DNA of 63,689 nt, taken from contig NC_068983.1 in NCBI RefSeq assembly GCF_001194135.2, positions 66,827,697 to 66,891,385 of the forward strand, written 5' to 3'. Positions within the stretch are counted from its first letter, which is position 1. Every line of letters begins with the position of its first letter. Below the pieces are notes generated by a model. It saw nothing but the letters and a program-made list of their open reading frames with translations. It was not told the DNA's origin and did not search any database. Shown here one piece after another: positions 37,766 to 51,100 of the stretch. Origin of the DNA: Octopus bimaculoides. Its lineage: Eukaryota. The translations under genes were made by a program, and so were the position numbers.

Positions 37766-39677
37766 TCTATGCCATTTTAATCCCAAGCAATGCCAGGTAT
37801 CTCTGCTAGTTTACAATAAAGCACTTCTCTTTTTAGATAATGTATCAAGCAGTCTAGTGAACTTAAATTAGTTTTCTGATCATGCAAGAGTAGAATATAA
37901 CCCCAACCTACAGTTAGATAACCTCTGGAACAAGTTCTATATAATGGATGTTGTGAATAACATAACTGAGTTATGGAATGAAGTGAAACCCTCAGCTTTG
38001 AATGGTACTTGGAAAAATATGTGGCCAGCTTATATTCTAGACTTTAAAAGTTTCCGCAAGCACAAAGTCTACATTAAATCTGGAAAGATATTGTGGCACT
38101 TGCATATAATGTAGGGTTTGAAGAAGTCAAAGAGGATGATATGGTTGATTTGCTAGTGTCCTGTAGAGAAATTTTATCTAATGAGGAGCTGATGCTCTGA
38201 GAACAAGATCAAGTTGAGAATATGGAATTTCCACCCACTCCACTTAAATAGACTGCAAAAAAATATTGCTAACATGTTGGTATTTACAGAAAGAAGGTTT
38301 ACAAGTTTCATTTATTTTCTGACAACAGCTATAATCATTGAACATAAGACAATAATTAGAAGGGAAGTTTTCAATGAGCTGAGTTCATACATTAAGGTTT
38401 ACAAAGAGATAACATGTCGTAAATATCAAATAATTTTGGATAATCTTAGTCCTTCAGATTGATGATGATGAGCTGTAAGATTGAAGATACTGTCCCTTAT
38501 CTCCTAATAAATTTCATTCTACCACTAACATCTCCCTCACAGTAGACAACATCTTGTATGGTAAAAATGTATCCTATTTTGATTTGAAATCAATTCTTAT
38601 TTGCTTACTTATTTCTCTATAAATGTCTTATGTATGTGTGTGTATACATACATACATACACACATACCTGTCTATCTACATACGTGTGTATATATGTGTG
38701 TGTGTATATATAGACAGACACACACACATACATACATACATACATACATACATACATACACACATACATACATACATACATACATGCATACATAGTATGT
38801 TTAGAAATTATTTTCTTGCATCATGTTGCTTGTTTTGTCATCATTGTTAAAAAACAAAAGCTGTCAGACACATTATTGCTTTATATCTTTTAAATCAGTT
38901 GAAAGTTTTTCAGGAATGCAGTGCTTCCATAAGGTGGGGACACCTGTATTTATTTTATCAGTCGCAGAAAAACAAAAGATAATGCCTGCTATAGTGGGAT
39001 TTGCAGTTAAAACATATAAAGTTACAAAACATAAAGACCGTATGTGAATACCACAAGCTATTCTATGCAGTACTCTGTTACTTATCTGAAGACTAATTTG
39101 TCATATCTACAAAAATGTGAACCATGATCAGTAGAATTATGATGTGTCAGTTGGTGATTTAAGCTAAATAAAATCAGTTAGGAAATAATTAAGTGTTGTG
39201 AAAGAATGAGAAGAAAGTAATTACTGAAAAAATGTAGATAAATCAAATTTAAAAAGAATTTATAAATTGTAATAGAATGAAGCTGAAATCAGAGAAAGCA
39301 AAAATAAAATAAGTTGACCTGTTGAGTTAATAGCAGAAGATAATATAAAACAATGATAATAGTAATGATTCATATCAAAACACTATAAACCTGTTAAAGC
39401 TTTAAGGCTTTAACAAGTTTGGTACAATATTTTTGTGTGGTTACAAGAGTAATAGCAATTATAAAAGTAATAACAAAAGTAATAGCAACAATTGTCCTCA
39501 TTGAAAGCATTGTCTATAGAACCAGGAAGTTCAATCTGCTCTCATTGCTGCTGCTGCAAGACTTCATTATATCTCATTAGTTAGTTAACGATCAACTTAA
39601 ATGCATAAATAGATCTTAGTTTTGTTTTATATTTCTTCATATTATTCATAAAATAAAGAGATACACTGAATGCATTA

Positions 39678-39708
<31 letters not shown>

Positions 39709-40139
39709 CATGCACACGTGTGTGAGTGTATGGATGTGTGTTTACCAGAATCTGTACAGAAATAAGGAAAACTAACTTGAAAAAACAAATTGTTAGTGTG
39801 ACAATATTTTCAGATGGAGGATCCATACTGCTGTCCCTTTCCATGTTGATAATATATGTTTGAGTGCCTTTCTTTAAACAAGATTGTTTATTAGTATGAA
39901 AACATGTATGAACGGATATTTATTTGAATATATATGTGTTCTTGCATGTAGATCTATGTGTGTCCATATATATGTAAACAGATGTAAATATATTCTGAAA
40001 AAAAAAATGCCAGGTGTAGATTTCTCAAGGAAAGCTACAATCAATAGATTTTTTTTTCCTTTTTTTTTGTTAGATCAGTTTATTGACAAAATTACATTGT
40101 GAATATTTTAGAAAAACATGTCTCTTACTTTGTTATAAG

Positions 40140-40205
40140 ATGTCAAGGGAACTTTGGGATACCTATATTTTCTGATTCATCTACTGAAGTTTATGAAGTT
40201 ACTAG
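40140..40205 (+). CDS. Weak candidate exon (66 nt)
   Basis: ctttgttataag|...ctag|gtattt; two open frames, both phase-compatible with 40715-40794. Confidence 0.15.
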
Positions 40206-40602
40206 GTATTTTAAGTTTTCACTTTGCCTATCAAACATTTTTTAATTTCTATGTTCTCTTTATAAGCATCAAGTGCTTTTCTACATATGCTAACTTAGTG
40301 AATATATAACTTTGTGATGTTTCCTGCATCTATATAGTTAGCTTATAAATTTAGTTGTGAAAGCACAGACATTAGTATGAATATGTACAAATATTTCTGC
40401 CTTACTGTCTGTTTTTCTGAATGTATGTTTCTAACCATTTATTTCTTTGTTTATTGGTATAAAAATGTGTTTAGGCCTGGTCTCTTTTGTAACTTTGTGA
40501 TTTCGATAATTGGGACAAAAAATAGCAACAGACTAAAACATGTGCATGAGTTGGTCTAAATGTGTGTGTGTGTGTGTGTGTGTGCGTGTGCGTGCGTGCG
40601 TG

Positions 40603-40650
<48 letters not shown>

Positions 40651-40652
40651 AT

Positions 40653-40662
40653 NNNNNNNNNN
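40653..40662. other. Assembly gap inside (GT)n
   Basis: Run of N. Confidence 1.
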
Positions 40663-40697
<35 letters not shown>

Positions 40698-40714
40698 ATT
40701 CAATTTATTTCAAG

Positions 40715-40794
40715 ATTTCTTGCCAATAGAGAAAGAACCAGTTTTCAACCTAAATCCAAGGTTCCTTCATTGGAATTTCAACATCAACAACAGG
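40715..40794 (+). CDS. Weak candidate exon (80 nt; DFLPIEKEPVFNLNPRFLHWNFNINNR or RFLANRERTSFQPKSKVPSLEFQHQQQ)
   Basis: aatttatttcaag|...cagg|gtattt; two open frames. Confidence 0.15.
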
Positions 40795-40949
40795 GTATTT
40801 TTTTTTGTTTGTATATATGTATGTATGTTTGTATGTAAGTACGTACGTACGTACTGTGTTTGTGTGTTTGTATGTAAGTATGTGTATCTGTTTAATACAT
40901 GCATGAGTAAGTGAACATTAAAATAATGATGATAATGATGATATATATA

Positions 40950-41100
40950 TACAGGTGTGGTGTGTAGTTAAGAAGCTTGCTTCTCAACTATGTGGTCTTG
41001 AGTTCAGTCCCACTGCACAGGATCTTGGACAAGTGTCTTCTACTATAACCCCAGGTTGACCAAAGCCTTGTGAGTGAATTTGGAGACAGAAACTAAGAGA
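40950..41100 (+). mobile_element. CORE-like SINE 5' half, running into (TA)n and a gap
   Basis: ggtgtggtgtgtagttaagaagcttgcttctcaactatgtggtcttgagttcagtcccactgc...ttggacaagtgtcttctactat. Confidence 0.75.
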
Positions 41101-41104
41101 AGTT

Positions 41105-41153
<49 letters not shown>

Positions 41154-41215
41154 NNNNNNNNNNNNNNNNNNNNNNNNNNNNNNNNNNNNNNNNNNNNNNN
41201 NNNNNNNNNNNNNNN
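41154..41215. other. Assembly gap inside (TA)n
   Basis: Run of N. Confidence 1.
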
Positions 41216-42169
41216 ATATATATACATATATATATATATATATGTATGTATGTATGTACGTGTGTGTGTGTGTGTGTGTGTGTAGTTTGTATCTATTCTT
41301 ATCTGAACATCATGTGATGGTTCTAAATGAGCATCATCATCATCATCATACAAGTGAGGTCGTTTTCTTTTCCAGTCCTTCATTAAAAGAAAAAAAAAGT
41401 CTGATCATGGGGAAATATTACGTTGCTTGCTTGCTTGGAAATATATGAGAGCTGGTGACAAGAAAGGCATCCAACTGTAGAAAACTTTCCTCCACAAGTT
41501 CTCTCTGTCCATGCAAGCATGGAAAACTGGACGATATATAATGATGATTTCATATATATATATATATATACACATACCTTTTACCTTTTACTTGTTTCAG
41601 TCATTAGACAGCACCATGCTGGGTCACTGCCTTGAGGAATTTTAGTTAAATAAATTGATCCCAGTACTTATGTTTTTATAAGTCTGACACTTAATCTATC
41701 AGTCACTTTTGCTGAACTGCTTGAGTTACAGCTATTTACATTCACTAACACCAGTTGTCAAGTGTTGGGTGAAGGACAAACACTGGCACAAAAGTTCAAA
41801 CACACACACACATACACCCGTGTTCTTTCCATTTCTGTCTACTAGATCTGTTCACAAGTCTTTAATTAGCCAGAGGCTGTTGTAGAAGACACTTGCTTAT
41901 AGGTTCAGACTCCAAAATGGGGACTGAGCTCAGAACCATGTGGTTCAGGGCATTGAATTCAAAATGGTTACTTACTGTATTTAGTACTATCGAAATCCCA
42001 TACATTTATCCATTTATGCCAAGGTTAAATAGGTCTAGATGAATAAAAACAAAAGCAGTATGCAAGTACTGGAATTGATATAATTAAATTAAGCTGTTGA
42101 AGGTGGTTGTTTGAAGCTTAGCCACAGTAAACTGGCAAACATATTTGTGCCTGTATATGCATACATACA

Positions 42170-42213
<44 letters not shown>

Positions 42214-42224
42214 CACATTTATAT

Positions 42225-42535
42225 GGCCCTGCTTGATCTGTAGAAAAGGTGTAGGTAGAAACTCCATAAGATGTACCCAGTTTGAGTTATGGACACAAGA
42301 GGTGCAGCAATATCAAAGGAAGGCTAACTAGCAAGATAGTTTTTGTATGTGGCAGATGCTCAGGAGCAATAAACATTGAAAATGTACAGAAAACAACCTT
42401 TGTCACATTCCAAGGAGAAAAACTAGAAGTAGTTGATAGCTTCCGCTACCTAGGTGACCAAGTTTGCAGCGGGGGAGGGTGCACTGAAAGTGTAGCCACT
42501 AGAATAAGAATAGCCTGTGCAAAGTTTAGAGAGCA
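42225..42535 (+). mobile_element. RTE LINE ORF fragment (post-RT region)
   Basis: HKRCSNIKGRLTSKIVFVCGRCSG...EKLEVVDSFRYLGDQ...ATRIRIACAKFRE. Confidence 0.85.
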
Positions 42536-43265
42536 GGTTCCTTCCACAGTTAGGGTGTGGTACTTTCTCACACAGCTGTCCTCATCCATACATAACACAT
42601 GACCATACCAGTGCAGTTGTCTCTCCTGCACACCATATTTGATGCTTCTTATGCCCAATTTTTTTCTCAGGGTGCTTATACTCTGTTGTGTCTGCACACT
42701 GACATTACACATCCAGTATATCATGCTAGCTTCATTTCTTTCAAGCCTACGCATGTTGTCTGCAGTCATAGCTCTTGTTTCACTGCCGTGTAGTATGGAA
42801 GTTCGCACACAAGCATCATACAGTCTACCTTTCATCCTGAGCAAGAGCAAAAGGCCCTTAGTTGCCAGCAAAGGTAGAAGTTCCCTGAACTTTGCCTAGG
42901 CTATTCTTATTCTAGCCACTACACTCTCAGAGCAACGACCCCCACAACAGACTTGGTTGCCTAGGTAGCAGAAGCTATTAACTCCTTGTAGCTTCTTCCC
43001 CCATGACATGTGATGGAATCTGTTTTCTGTACATCTTCAGTGTTTATTGCCCCTATGTATCTGCCACACACAAAAACTATCTTCCCAGTTAACCTCCCTT
43101 TGATATTGCTGCACCTGCACATTTTATGTGTGTCTGTAGTTTACATTGGGTGCATTGTATGGAGTTTCCACCCATGCCTTTTCTACAGATCGAGCAGGGC
43201 CATCTACATGAAGGGGTTTGTGATTTGTCAGCCTTCCTACTTACTAAGACTTTGGTTTTTGCTAG
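42536..43265 (-). mobile_element. RTE LINE ORF fragment, tail-to-tail with the previous copy
   Basis: NLAKTKVLV...WPCSICRKG...; KGRLYDACVRTSILHGSET...RRLERNEASM...LHWYGHVLCMDEDSCV. Confidence 0.88.
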
Positions 43266-43306
<41 letters not shown>

Positions 43307-43769
43307 ATAATAGCAATGATCCTTGGATGGAATTTATAAACATTTATCCCTATGCATGTTTCCACTAGGATGATTACAATGTAGGAAGGAACACAAACAA
43401 ATAAACAAACCAATCAATATTTAGGATACTGTACACTATACCAACAGAAACAATTAAAAGGTCACCCTAAGAAAGCATCATTTATCAATTGAGACAATAA
43501 ACCCCAACAGCTGGTGGCTGTAGTGGACGTACCAGCTGACATGTTTACTTCAGGCTTCATTGAAGATAATCATGCCTTAAATAAGACCAAACAAAGCAAA
43601 GCGCTACCCATCCTTGACATCAGTAAACTGAATAGCAAAATAAGTCCAACATCACCACACACACCTCCATCCCCATACAACTACCATTCATTCCTCTCTT
43701 TCCATCACCTTCCCCTCCTCTCCACCAAATACACAAAGAGATACACACATAACTCAATCAACCTTCACA

Positions 43770-43930
43770 CTGGTCTGTCTTTACATTCTGAGTTCAAATT
43801 CAGCCAAGGTCGACTTTGCCTTTCATTCTTTTGAGGTCAATAAATTAAGTACCAGTTGCATATTGGATCGATCTAATTGACTGGCACCCTCCCGCAAAAT
43901 TTCAGGCCTTGTGCCTAGAGTAGAAAAGAA
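43770..43930 (+). mobile_element. Meta-like SINE
   Basis: tctgagttcaaattcagccaaggtcgactttgcctttcattcttttgaggtcaataaattaagtaccag...ggccttgtgcctagagtagaaaaga. Confidence 0.8.
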
Positions 43931-44759
43931 CCTTTACACTGGTCAAAAGGGCTAAACATTCCACTGTTAAACATTCATTAATGTTACTTCACCTGAAGAA
44001 ATGAATCCATGAAGATGATCATCTCAGTGCCAATGGATGCTATGGACTACACCATAATCATCCCAGGAATATAGACTGTGATTTTAAGAGACATGTGATT
44101 TGTGGAAATAGTGATGCATTGAAGTTTTGTAAATTCTATCCAAGGATTATTGTTATTATTACTATAGTTATCCTACATTATATCGGTACAGCTTGACACA
44201 ATCCCACAAAAGTGGTTTACCAGCCAGCATCATTAAACTGTGGCCAACACAATAAAATAGGAGCTTTATTTGCATATTCAAAACATTTCCCATAAACAAA
44301 TTTAAAATATATATATATATATATATATATATAAACATACATACACACACATATATATTACTATGTAAACTTACTGCTTCTTTATCTCCTATTACCAATT
44401 GTTTGTGATTTTTATCCTTCTTCACAGATTCTAGTTATATATGTGTGTGTGAATGTGTATGTGCATGTATGATGAACAAAAAGCTGCATGTATGTGAGAG
44501 TGTGTGTGTGTAAGTGTGTCATGTGTGCAGTGTCCATCAATGACTACATAACTTTTAGCTTTTTTATCCATTCCCTACCATGCTTGACAATTTCGATATT
44601 TCGCTCTTGACCCCATACCATTCTCCTTCCTTTGAAATATAGCCCAATGTATCATTTCAATTTTATAAGCTATAAGATATAAATGTGTGTGTGTGTGTGT
44701 GTGTGTGCACGTGTGTGTGCACGTGTGTGTGCACGTGTGTGTATATGTGTGTAAAATAG

Positions 44760-45835
44760 TAACAGTATCTTCATATAACCGTCTGAGAGCATCCTATTAG
44801 CTGCAAATATCTGACTTGTGCCTCTTAAGAATCCATGCATCTACTCTCCCACTGTTCTGATTTTCCAATTATACAGAGATTAGGTAGTTTATAATGTGTT
44901 ACCCATTATCAGCTTTATCAGAGCTCTTTATAAAATCAAACCATGCTTCATCCACATTCAAATGATCGATTAGGGTTTATTTTAGCACTCAGTTGTAGTG
45001 CTGCAAGAACTGTACATGACAATTTCTTTCTAGGCAAAAGCCATGCTGAGTGTTTATTAGTAACTTATTTTCCTTCTATGGATATGACCAGTTCCTCTCT
45101 TGTAACTAATTACATGACTTTCCTGATGTGTAAAGTCAGATTGATAGTCCTGTAAATTGTAGAATTTGCACTGCTCTTTCCTTTATAATGAGGGCATATT
45201 ATGCTTATTTCAACTTTTCAGGGTTTTCATACTTGCCAAGAAGCTTTGGCAAGTATCTAGATGTGTTAGCTAAAGCCTGCTTACACAACTTTAGGAGGAT
45301 TGCTGGGAATCCAATGGGACTTGTTGCTGAATTTAAGATCATTTCATCTATGGTCGATGTACAACTTCTGTCATCAGTAGTTGCTACTTGCCTATGTTGA
45401 GTTGTCATCAAAGAATTCATCTGCATGTGCTCATCTGCTTCTTCATGTGTCTCATCAGACAGGTAGCAACATTTTTGAGTTTCTCATTTAGTATTTCATT
45501 TACCCTTTTGGGTCGACAATTAGTATGTTTTCTCTTTCGAACAATGACCTGTTTTGTAATGCACTGTGATTCATTTTCTAACAAATTTGAAAGAAACTTT
45601 AAGGCTCACTTTATATCCTCTAGAGCTGTGAGTTCTCTTTTTGATAATTACCTTTCATAAAAGAGATTGATTTTATTCCCATTTTTTCTAGAAATATTCT
45701 TATTAGGCAGAACTTCTCCCTGTCTGCTAATAGACTGTTCAACTGATTTGAGGTTTTTACTCTACATCTCATATGAACTTCCCTTTCTCTGGGAATTATA
45801 TTTATGCATTTGCAAGTCTTTCCTTCTGGAACAGT
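44760..45835 (-). mobile_element. CR1/L2/Jockey-type LINE RT N-terminal region, decayed
   Basis: NSATSPIGFPAILLKLCKQALA (KAPGPDG-like) and YRTINLTLHIRKVM (YRPISL-like); stops and frameshifts. Confidence 0.7.
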
Positions 45836-45988
45836 CAACATCATTTAACATCCACTTCCCATACTGGCATGGGTCGGATGGTTCAACAGTGGTTCAACTA
45901 CTGCACATTCATATACTATAGTATGTGAATAGGCAGTAATAATCCATAACAGTATATGAATGCACAGTAGCAACCCATAATGAAATTT

Positions 45989-46325
45989 ACTAGTACATAC
46001 GATGTTGCACTATGATGTTTAAGTTTCACTATTACAACTACATCTCATCATTCAAACACAAAAATAAGGAAAATGCGATCTCACTTAGCAAACTAATATG
46101 GCAAATTAGGGACCAAAAAAAAGCAAACAAAAAAACAAAAATATGAGTTACAATGGTTGATCCTGAATCAAGCAAAACTATTCCTTCAGTGTTCTACTAT
46201 GTTAAAATCAGAAATGACTCTGGATGGACAGACTGAGCAAACCTATAATGACTACTGGAAACAGCTGTAAGTCAAATTTACTGCAATAGAGAAAACTATG
46301 TAATGATTATTATTCATACAATGTC

Positions 46326-46367
<42 letters not shown>

Positions 46368-46900
46368 TCAACTCTGGAAATCCTGTGGGCACTTTGGATA
46401 AGGCAACATATATGAATACTGGTAAATATAAAACAATCTTCTCACATGATTTATTAACTAGTATTAATATTTCTAATTTAATAAGAAAGTGTTGTCTAAT
46501 TAATGCTAATGACAACTTTTCACTGGCTGAAGAAAGAGAGACTTCAGATAAAAAGTTTTTCTGTTTTGTTGGCCTCCATTTAGAATTTTTGCGTTAATGA
46601 CTTTTGCTTGAATGTCTAGAATAACTAAATGTGTACTATTACATCTGCCATAAGCTTGGTCAGTTGTATATAGAAAAATAATTATAGCATTAGTCTTTAA
46701 TTTCAATATGTGTGATGGCAAACCTGAGACAGTTAATGTATTTAAGTATTTGGTAGTGAATTCTTTAGGGGTCAGCCTGATGTGAATATTGATCACAACT
46801 AAACAGAACCTTTTCATCTCTTGGAAATAGTTTTAGTATTTTTTCATTGATGAGATCAACATTAGCATTTTCTGTCAATTGATTTTTTTTTTTTTTTTTT
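45989..46900 (-). mobile_element. Helitron 3' remnant: PIF1-like helicase C-terminus plus CTAGT terminus
   Basis: YLNTLTVSGLPSHILKLK...GRCNSTHLVI...RQHFLIKL...VNKS...YVALSKV; minus-strand end gtgcaacatcgtatgtaCTAGT at 45989. Confidence 0.8.
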
Positions 46901-47122
46901 TTTGCATGTTTCCATAAAAAAGATTTATTGAAACTACTGTCTACTATCTATGAAAGAATTTTCCTTTTTGAATGTAAAAGACATAACTTAGTAAGGCACT
47001 CTGTCTTCTGAAATATATTTTCAAATCATTTCAAGTTTATAATTGTATTTTATTTCCTTTTACACTTACATTTTGCATTATGAGATGTAAACTGAAAGGG
47101 TGACATTTTAGAATTTCATAAA

Positions 47123-47132
47123 NNNNNNNNNN
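47123..47132. other. Assembly gap
   Basis: Run of N. Confidence 1.
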
Positions 47133-47399
47133 CTAGTGGCCAATGTATCTATGCATATGTGTTTCCTCTGCATATAACAATAAGGAATTGAAAATGAAAG
47201 TTTTCAATTTCAGAAAGTGAAACAACGTTTTCAGAGGTTGTAGAAATGTTTACATTTCAGGCTTTGAAATATGAATATGGGCAATGAGACAATTTATAAG
47301 CTTTAATTTCCAGGAGAAAAAAGAACATAATTTCAAAGAAAAAGAACAGATAATTGTTTTATTTAAAAGAAATAACTGAGTGGAAACATTAGTTTCAAA

Positions 47400-47600
47400 T
47401 TTTGGCGCAAAGCAGACAATTATGGGTAAGTCGGACACATTGACCCCAGTTTCAACTGGTATATATTTGATTGAACCCAAAAGGATGGAAAGTAAAGTCA
47501 ACCCTGGCTACATTTGAACTCAGCACAAAGAGTCAGAAGAATTGCTGTTAAGCATTTTATCCGATGTAGTAATGATTCTGCCAGTTTACCACCTTACATT
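47400..47600 (-). mobile_element. Meta-like SINE fragment
   Basis: ttgaccccagtttcaactggtatatatttgattgaacccaaaaggatggaaagtaaagtcaacc. Confidence 0.65.
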
Positions 47601-48082
47601 TGAATGGGAACATTAACAGGAATTACTAACTGGAACTTTAACTTTCTCTATATGGCCACTGAATTTGTTAGAAGTAGCATCCAAACATTGCTAGAAGTAG
47701 CATCCAAACAATACTATCACATTAAGGAGTTGTTGATTAGCGTCATCTTAGATATGTAAGTTGTGTAGCAGATGAGGAGCTTTAGTGAGTCCTGGGAAAG
47801 TAAGCCCTTTATTTCTTTTATTATATCTTTATTTTCTATCAAAGCTTTTATGTCTGGGCTCAAACAATGAATTGTTTGTTACCTCTCAGTGGAATGAAAT
47901 ACTCTTCAAAAGCATGCCTGAAATGTGATGGCAAAAGCTGAAAATGTAAAACTTGAGAAAATGATTAAAAGTTGGAAAATGTAGAAAAATATGCACATAA
48001 CAATATTATGCAGTGAGAAATTGCAGACGATTCCAGCAGAAGATGATGTATATTTGCTTCTGCGCATAAAGCGTTCTCTGGG

Positions 48083-48142
48083 CTTGGCTTCATATAATTT
48101 CACTTGGCTTCATATAATTTCACTTGGCTTCATATAATTTCA
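48083..48142. repeat. Exact 20-bp triplication (cttggcttcatataatttca x3)
   Basis: Direct reading. Confidence 0.95.
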
Positions 48143-51100
48143 AACACCAGTATGTATACATGAAGGAGATTCAAGATAGACATATATCCTTTTAAAGTAT
48201 GTGGCATGTAGCACACACACACACACACACGCGCGCATTTATTGACTCAACACATTTTCCTAATAGTTCAGGCCTTGTGCCTATAGGAAAAAGAATTTAT
48301 CATCACCATAGAGAAATAACTTGGCATAACATGGAAAAAGAAAGTCATACAAAATATCATGCAATATGATATTTTTTTTTCATAGAAACCATCTTTACTA
48401 TGAGAGAAGATGAACAAACACTTAGGGGGAAATACAAGCAATTATAAATGTGTGTGCATGTGTGTGTGCTTGTGCATGTGTGTGTGTGTGTGTGCATGCA
48501 TGTGCCTGTGTGTGCATGCTCACCAATGATAGATCTTTTGTCAGTTTTGCCAAAAATATTCCAATTTTTTATCAGGACTACCTATTTGTTAAATTCACAT
48601 TTGAGTACTCAACTGACACATGTACCCTAGGCTGAATCATGTTAAAATAAGAGACTAAGCTGAACTTTACAATCTTCCACTTTGTTATTTTTTACCCAAC
48701 TTACATTTAACTTCACTCACATGGCTTGAGTCAACCCAAGACTACAGTAAAAATCATTTGTCCAAGATGCCGTACAGTGGGACTGAACCTAAAACTTCAC
48801 AATTGTGAAGCAATTCTTTTTAAAACTCGACAATCCTTAAGTCTGCACACAACAGTGCATGCATACACACACCTGTGTATATAATACACCCAACTATATT
48901 TCAGCAAGTGACATTGTTGTATCAACAGTGTAAATGTATATGCATGTGCATGCACAATGCTTACATAGCAGCAAGGACAAGTATATTGAGTCATGAACCA
49001 AAAATAGTTATGCGTTTGCTTTGATTTATGTGAAGAAACTTGCACCTGACTACATTTATTTGAAGACGACAAAATAAAACCAGGACAGGAAAACTGTATT
49101 AACTGTATGTTCTAACAGCATTAACATGACATAGATTCTATATAATGGACATGTAAAAATAAATAATTTTTTATTGAAAATACTTCAAGGATTTGATCCA
49201 AAAAGAATTAAATGTAAACAAAAGTTTTTATGAATCATTTTAATATTTTATTGAGGTCAAAACAAAAACTCACTTTCATAATTTAAATGTTGAAGATTTT
49301 TCTCCAACTGTTATATCATTAAATCTTTGATGAGCTTGTGACATAAGAAATGATACTATTTCACACATTAAAGGTTATTCCTATTCATGACTTATGCTAA
49401 ATAATACAGAAAAGACTGTCAAGTTTATTGACCTCTGTTTAATGACTTCAGTTCATTGTGTGAATATTACTAACAAATTTCCCTGAAAGGTGTTGAATTC
49501 ATGATCCCCTTTTATTAGTTCTACCACTGAACTATGTGAAACAAAAAGTATGCAAGTAATAGATATAAATGAATAATTTAGCAGAATTGATAGATAGATA
49601 GGCACATGCACATACACACACACACACACACACATGCACACAGACTGGGCCTTGTGCTGGTGGCATGTAAAAGCACCCACTACATTCTCGGAGTGGTTGG
49701 CGCTAGGAAGGGCATCCAGTTGTAGAAACTTTGCCAGATCAGATTGAGCCTGGTACAGCTTCTGGCTCACCAGTCCTCAGTAAACTCAAATTGTTCTCCT
49801 AGACTTTACTACTGGTTTATGATACAAATTAGAGTCTGTATAAATGACAAGAATCATGTAACAATTATTCCAATTGATGTTAAAATGCTAGTCTGAACAA
49901 AGTCATATTCATTGACTTCACATAATTAATGACTATTTTGAGATATCTGTTTTTTGGATATTATCTTTAAGTTTCAGGTTGTAATAAATAAAACTCTCAT
50001 TTTGCTCTATCACAATGCTTTCATATGCAAAGTAAAAATGCATAAATCCATTACATAAATTGAACAGGTAAAACAATTCAGTCAACAGAGCTATTCAAAG
50101 AACACTTACCATAACTTATGACACATAAATGGGGAATAACAATATAGATAAAAGTATCATTATTTTTGGTATGAATTTTAAAATTAAGTAAATGTAAGTT
50201 TGAATTGTTCTGCTGTTTTAAATAAACATTATCTAGATTTTCAGTTTTATTTTTATTTTTTGTAAAACAAATTTTCAGTTTCCTTAGTGCATTAGTAGTC
50301 AGATTTTGTAATAGACTGCTATTATTTAAATCATATTTATTATCAAATTTTATTATTTAAAAATATCTATATATTTGAGTCATGCGGAGCCATTCAGTCA
50401 AATATTTGAAGAACTATGTTACATAATTGTGTGTGCATGTGCATGCACGCACACACACACACACACACACACAACACCCATTAGTAATATTGGTAATCTG
50501 TATGCATCAAATGTATATAATTTCTTGAATGCTGTATAAATATAGATTTATCAAACAAATGAATTAACTGATACATTACTAAACATAGTTTAAATGAATA
50601 TGAATAATTAGATACTTTATCAAGTTATATAATAATTAACTTTTGTACTGGCCATATTTAATTCTTTAAATCTTTTTAGTTGTCTTTTGAAACTATTACT
50701 ATTATATTTTTCTCTCACGATTTTCTATAGGAAGTATCACTGCATATCTGTATGTCATTTATATAGATTTGGTCTCTTATATACATATTGATGTATCTTA
50801 AAATTTGTCTTCTCTTGTTGGTAGAATAGAAAACTACCTAATATAATACTCATATTATAGAAGTATGTCATTCAGAACAAGATATTCAAGAGTGTACTAA
50901 GCCTTGTATAAAATACTAGAAATAGTTTCATTAGGAAAAGAATTTGACTTTTAGGTAGTTCTTCAAAGCTTAGATCAGTGTTCATTCCTAGTTCTAGTGG
51001 AGCAGTATTTTCAATATTGAACCATATTCCAAACAGAATGCAATTACTCCACCAAACTTTCTCAAGGCACAGTCATCATAGTCAGATTCTCTTGAGAAGT

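Larger units (their letters stand above)
35780..37810 (+). mobile_element. Non-autonomous Helitron-like element hosting SINE pieces and a Tc1
   Basis: 5' (t)atatatataaaactgagaatgtgtgtctgtctg; 3' cccaagcaatgccaggtatctctgCTAGT. It interrupts the Tigger frame cleanly with no obvious TSD. Confidence 0.6.
33558..38460 (+). mobile_element. Tigger/pogo (CENP-B/DDE_1) transposase pseudogene in three pieces (33558-33882, about 35296-35777, 37811-38460)
   Basis: KRIILNMKFDV (HTH-like); STMVMQ|KKAKILHDNLQ...FLASKGWFEK...EQEFNVDETAF; WFAYILCPTVESY|NKALLFLDN; ALNGTWKNMWP...GFEEVKEDDMVDLL...LSNEELM. Many stops and frameshifts. Confidence 0.8.

Noticed and set aside
40540-41448. ORFs rich in CVCV, YIYI, HTHT (here and throughout)
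   Set aside because: Translations of (GT)n, (TA)n and (CA)n microsatellites.
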